Shown: piece by piece, positions 39,494 through 42,988 of the stretch
Layout: every line of letters starts with the position of its first letter
Numbering within the stretch: the stretch's first letter is position 1
DNA from: Candidatus Bipolaricaulia bacterium
GTDB taxonomy: Bacteria > Bipolaricaulota > Bipolaricaulia > RBG-16-55-9
DNA: 42,988 nt
NCBI GenBank assembly: GCA_042219045.1
Contig: JBDGQO010000053.1
Coordinates: forward strand, 1 to 42,988
Direction of reading: 5' to 3'
Program-made: the position numbers and the translations under genes
Notes under the pieces: model-generated
What the model saw: only the letters and a program-made list of their open reading frames with translations
Database searches by the model: none
What the model was told of the DNA's origin: nothing

Positions 39494-41698
39494 TCATTCG
39501 TGCCCTTTACCAGGCTTCAGGTTGTCCGCCCATCCTTGGACGAGCCGATCCAGCACCATCGCCATGAAGACGATGGCCAGGCCGGCCTCAATGCCGCGGC
39601 CCACTTCGGCGTTCACCAGCCCCGTGACCGCCTCGAAGCCGAGGCCCCCGCCGCCGATCAGGCCGGCGATAATGACCATGGCCAACACCAGCATCGTCGT
39701 CTGGTTGATCCCGAGCAAGATGGAGGGCAGGGCCAGCGGCAACTGGACCTTCGTGAGCAGTTGGCGGCTCGACGATCCGAACGCCAGGCCGGCATCGATA
39801 ATCTCCTTTTTGATCTGCCGGATGCCGACGTTGGTCAGCCGTGCGGCCGGCGGCAGGGCGTAGATGACCGAGGCCATGATGCCCGCAACGGGGCCGGAGC
39901 CGAACAGCATGATCACGGGGACGAGATAGACGAACGGCGGAATCGTCTGCATCGTATCCAGGATCGGACGCAGGATCGTGGCGCAAGCATTGCTGCGTGC
40001 GGCCAAAATGCCGAGCGGAAGCGCAATGATGACCGCAATGGCGACGGCCACGATCACCTGGCTGAGCGTGGTCATGCTCTCGGGCCACATGCCCAGCAGG
40101 CCGAGCGAGAAGACCGCGAGCCCGCAGAACAACGCGAGTCGCCAACCGCCGACTAGCCGTCCCAATGCGGCGACACCCGCGATCAACACGGGCCAAGGCA
40201 GCCAGGCGGTGAAAAAGCCTCGGAGCGGATCGAGGACTTTCTGTATTAAGAAGCGGTTGAATGGGCCGGTTCCAATCGGCAGGTTTCCGATCTGATAGAG
40301 GTTGACGCGCATCCAATCGATCGCGGCGTTCACGGGTCCGCGGAAGCTGAAACTGAGTCGATCGGGGAAGGCTTGCCAGCCGAGTTCGAGGACACCGTAG
40401 CCCAGGCCGGCGATGGCGGCGATCGAGGCTAGAGCGAACGCTCGATCGTGGAAGAAAGCGCGGACGTTGTGGGCTAACTCGGACCGTCCCAGCCCGCGTG
40501 GCACGGCTTCGACGACGACCGAGACGCCCGTTGCGAGGCCTCGCGCCAGGTAACGTCCCGTCACGAAGATCCAGGTGAGACTCGTCTCCAGGGCCCGCGC
40601 GACGACGTTTTGCTCGGAGAGTTGGGAGGGGAATGCTTGGACTCGAGACCTGAGGCCGCCGGATGGCCGAACGGATCGCCCCTCGCTGAAGCCGTAGCTC
40701 AGTCGATCCAGAAGGATGGCGATGAACACGACAGCGAGGCCGGCTTCAAGCGCGCGACCGATCTGCAGGCGTTGGAGCGCGATCAGGATCTCTTCGCCGA
40801 GGCCACCGGCTCCGATCAAGGAGGCAATGATGACGATGCCGAGCGCCATCATGATCGTCTGGTTGATGCCGAGCATGATCGACGGCAGTGCCATGGGGAT
40901 CTGGATCTTGCGCAGGATCTGGCCCGGTTTGGAGCCAAAAGCGATCGCAGCTTCGACGGTCTCCTTCGGAACTTGTCGGATGGCCAGGTTGGTCAAGCGC
41001 ACGATCGGCGGGGTGGCGTAGATAATCGTGGCCATGGCGCCAGCGACGTTGCCCGTGCCGAAGACGAGGATAACGGGGATGAGATAGACAAAAGCGGGCA
41101 TCGTCTGCATGGCGTCAAGCACGGGGCGGATGCCGCTCGCGAAGCGATCGCTTTGCGAGGCGAGCAGGCCCAACGGAAACCCGATCACCAGGCAGATCAA
41201 GATCGACACGGCCATGAGCGACAGCGTCGACATGCTTGCGTCCCAGAGTCCCACGCCGCCCATGTAGAGCAAGCTGATGACCGCGATGACTGACGTACGC
41301 AGGCCGCCGCGCAAGCCGAGCAAGAAGGCCCCGACCACGATGACTTGCCACGGCAGCCAGAGCATGAACGCTTCCACTTCGCGGAACATCGTGCCCAGGG
41401 CGGAACTGAGCGGGTTCAGAAACCAGAGAAATAGCGGATGCGAATCCCAGCTGTCGCGGATCCAGCTCTCAATCCCGTTGACGAGGACACGGAGGTGGAG
41501 GTTCCACGCGTCTGGGAAGGCATTGAGGTCCAGCGGAAGCGCCCGGACCAGCCGGACGAGCAACACCAGCGCGAAGGCCGTAATCAGGAGCCGAAGCAAA
41601 AGCCGACTGACCGGATGACGGAAGAGGCGGAGCGACTCGAGCCGGCCAACGATGCCGGTCCGACCAGACGTTTGTCTGATGGTGTTGGGCTCAGCCAT
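39494..41698 (-). CDS. glycine betaine/choline ABC permease, two fused ProW-type modules
   Basis: Two copies of RP(V/I)LD.MQT.P.FVYL.PV and K(I/V)Q.P.ALPSI.LGINQT..GGLG. Confidence 0.9.
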   Translation of the reverse strand: MAEPNTIRQTSGRTGIVGRLESLRLFRHPVSRLLLRLLITAFALVLLVRLVRALPLDLNAFPDAWNLHLRVLVNGIESWIRDSWDSHPLFLWFLNPLSSALGTMFREVEAFMLWLPWQVIVVGAFLLGLRGGLRTSVIAVISLLYMGGVGLWDASMSTLSLMAVSILICLVIGFPLGLLASQSDRFASGIRPVLDAMQTMPAFVYLIPVILVFGTGNVAGAMATIIYATPPIVRLTNLAIRQVPKETVEAAIAFGSKPGQILRKIQIPMALPSIMLGINQTIMMALGIVIIASLIGAGGLGEEILIALQRLQIGRALEAGLAVVFIAILLDRLSYGFSEGRSVRPSGGLRSRVQAFPSQLSEQNVVARALETSLTWIFVTGRYLARGLATGVSVVVEAVPRGLGRSELAHNVRAFFHDRAFALASIAAIAGLGYGVLELGWQAFPDRLSFSFRGPVNAAIDWMRVNLYQIGNLPIGTGPFNRFLIQKVLDPLRGFFTAWLPWPVLIAGVAALGRLVGGWRLALFCGLAVFSLGLLGMWPESMTTLSQVIVAVAIAVIIALPLGILAARSNACATILRPILDTMQTIPPFVYLVPVIMLFGSGPVAGIMASVIYALPPAARLTNVGIRQIKKEIIDAGLAFGSSSRQLLTKVQLPLALPSILLGINQTTMLVLAMVIIAGLIGGGGLGFEAVTGLVNAEVGRGIEAGLAIVFMAMVLDRLVQGWADNLKPGKGHE

Positions 41699-41759
41699 GC
41701 GTTGCGAAAGTTATGGTCGAATCGGAGCGACTCATGTTCCGCTCTCGGTGCAATGGGGA

Positions 41760-41791
41760 AAGGGCCCGACGTCGCTGTCAGTCGGGCCCTT
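41760..41791 (-). terminator. intercistronic hairpin after the betaine SBP gene
   Basis: aagggcccgac-10 nt-gtcgggccctt, a perfect 11-bp stem. Confidence 0.55.
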
Positions 41792-41834
41792 CATGTCACG
41801 CGCAGCACGCATGTTCAAGAGCGCCGTGCCGACG

Positions 41835-42815
41835 TTACGGGATCCAGTTCTGCCAGACGTCTTGATTGTTCTCGATCCACTGGCGCGCGGCCTCGTCGAC
41901 GGAAAGGTTGTCGACCTCCATGGCTCCCAGCATCTCGATCTGGGCTTGGTTGCCGGGGTACTGGAAGTTGCTGACGAACTCGTAAGTCGGGGCGGAGATA
42001 TCCTGCAACCCGGCCGTAGCGATCTTGGTCAGCTTGTCAACGGGATAGGCACAGTCGATGGCCTCGGGATTCTCTTGGGCGTTGCTGTACTTGTAGGCGC
42101 ACAGCTCGTCATGCTGCGGCAATTCGACCTGGGTCAGGTCGAGTTGGGCATGCAGCGCGTGCGGCGTCCAGAAGTAGAACAGCACCGGCTGCCCACGGTC
42201 AATGCGCGCCTCAACTTCGGCGAACATCGCCGAGGAGGATCCGGCGAACACCTTCTCGAGATAGAGGTCCAGGTTGTCGATGATGTGCTTGTCGTACTGG
42301 GTGAAGCTGGTGTCTGCGCCGAGGAACCGGCCTTTGGGCTCAGTTTCTGGCGTGGCCAGCTGGCTGGCGATCTCTTTGTTCTGATAGCCCTTCCAGGAAG
42401 CGGCTTCGGGATGTTTTTCGACGAAGCCGGAGTTGACCCACCAGCCGATCACGCCGTCGATGCCGAGCCAGCCGAGGTCCGCGACCGCGCCGCGATCCTT
42501 GATGAAGTTTTGAATGCGCTGCTGGTGGCCGGACGGCCAAAGCTCCAGGCTGAAGTGGGCGTCGCCGCGAGCCAAGGCATCCCACTGCGCCGTCTCGCTC
42601 AGTTGATTGACCTCGGCCTGAATGCCCATCTCTTCCTCGAGCAGGATCCTGGCTATGCGGGCGTTCGCTCGCGCTGCCGCCCAAGGGTTTTCAATGATCT
42701 GGATCGGCTGATCTTGGGCTCGCAGAATGGACGGGCCCAACAACGAGGACCCAGCCAGGGCGATCGCCCCGCCCTTGAGGGTTGAACCAATGAATGTCCG
42801 TCTCGTAAGAGACAT
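41835..42815 (-). CDS. glycine betaine/choline ABC substrate-binding protein (ProX/OpuAC family) with Tat signal
   Basis: MSLTRRTFI twin-arginine motif; NPWAA, LELWP, GWWV, FYFWTPH, EAARQWI..N.DVW..W. Confidence 0.87.
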   Translation of the reverse strand: MSLTRRTFIGSTLKGGAIALAGSSLLGPSILRAQDQPIQIIENPWAAARANARIARILLEEEMGIQAEVNQLSETAQWDALARGDAHFSLELWPSGHQQRIQNFIKDRGAVADLGWLGIDGVIGWWVNSGFVEKHPEAASWKGYQNKEIASQLATPETEPKGRFLGADTSFTQYDKHIIDNLDLYLEKVFAGSSSAMFAEVEARIDRGQPVLFYFWTPHALHAQLDLTQVELPQHDELCAYKYSNAQENPEAIDCAYPVDKLTKIATAGLQDISAPTYEFVSNFQYPGNQAQIEMLGAMEVDNLSVDEAARQWIENNQDVWQNWIP

Positions 42816-42900
42816 GGACCAATTCCCCCTTTTGGAACTGTTAAATGGATATACGGGGAGAGTGTCGGCTTGTCGGATCGCACAGCCTCCCCCGTACTCG

Positions 42901-42967
42901 GGCCATACCATATAGGCGTATGGCCATACGATTGTATAACCTAAGGGACTGCTTGACGCATGTCAAG
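42901..42967 (-). promoter_or_regulatory. promoter and operator-like repeats of the betaine/choline operon
   Basis: Minus strand TTGACA(42961-66)-17 nt-TAGGTT(42938-43); perfect palindrome CGTATGGCCATACG (42917-42930); GGCCATAC repeated at 42901 and 42922. Confidence 0.6.
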
Positions 42968-42988
42968 ATGGGCAGGAGCCCGATGACC

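Overview
GC-rich bacterial chromosomal segment made up mostly of housekeeping and metabolic genes. Many of the proteins are visibly D/E-rich, and an osmolyte pathway is present, which suggests a halophile. A lineage such as Bipolaricaulota is a low-confidence guess. Gene order: 3' end of prfB, ggt, a TauE exporter, a coiled-coil membrane protein, an acyl-CoA carboxyltransferase, a polar amino-acid ABC operon, guaB, nth, an acidic orphan, an M50-CBS protease, transaldolase and nfo. These are followed by a six-gene hpaI-G-E-B-C-D 4-hydroxyphenylacetate cluster and a long minus-strand run pdxS-pdxT-comF-MBL-dnaG-sigA-miaA-nnr-hicB-hicA-tatD. The rest holds two tandem paralogous secreted beta-helix proteins, a lysE/CGNR zinc-finger divergon with an unannotated 54-aa membrane ORF, and a betaine/choline ABC (Tat-type SBP, fused double permease) plus gbsAB operon. 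No CRISPR array, rRNA, tRNA or transposase was recognised. Most interesting signals: (1) paired YTAACT-N18-RGTTAA operator-like sites in the CGNR/lysE divergon; (2) a hicBA cassette embedded in a housekeeping operon, with an apparent single-base change at the gene junction; (3) a candidate C-rich-loop (anti-SD) small RNA; (4) repeated leaderless-gene architecture; (5) the beta-helix protein pair. All calls rest on motif recognition by eye; no searches were run.
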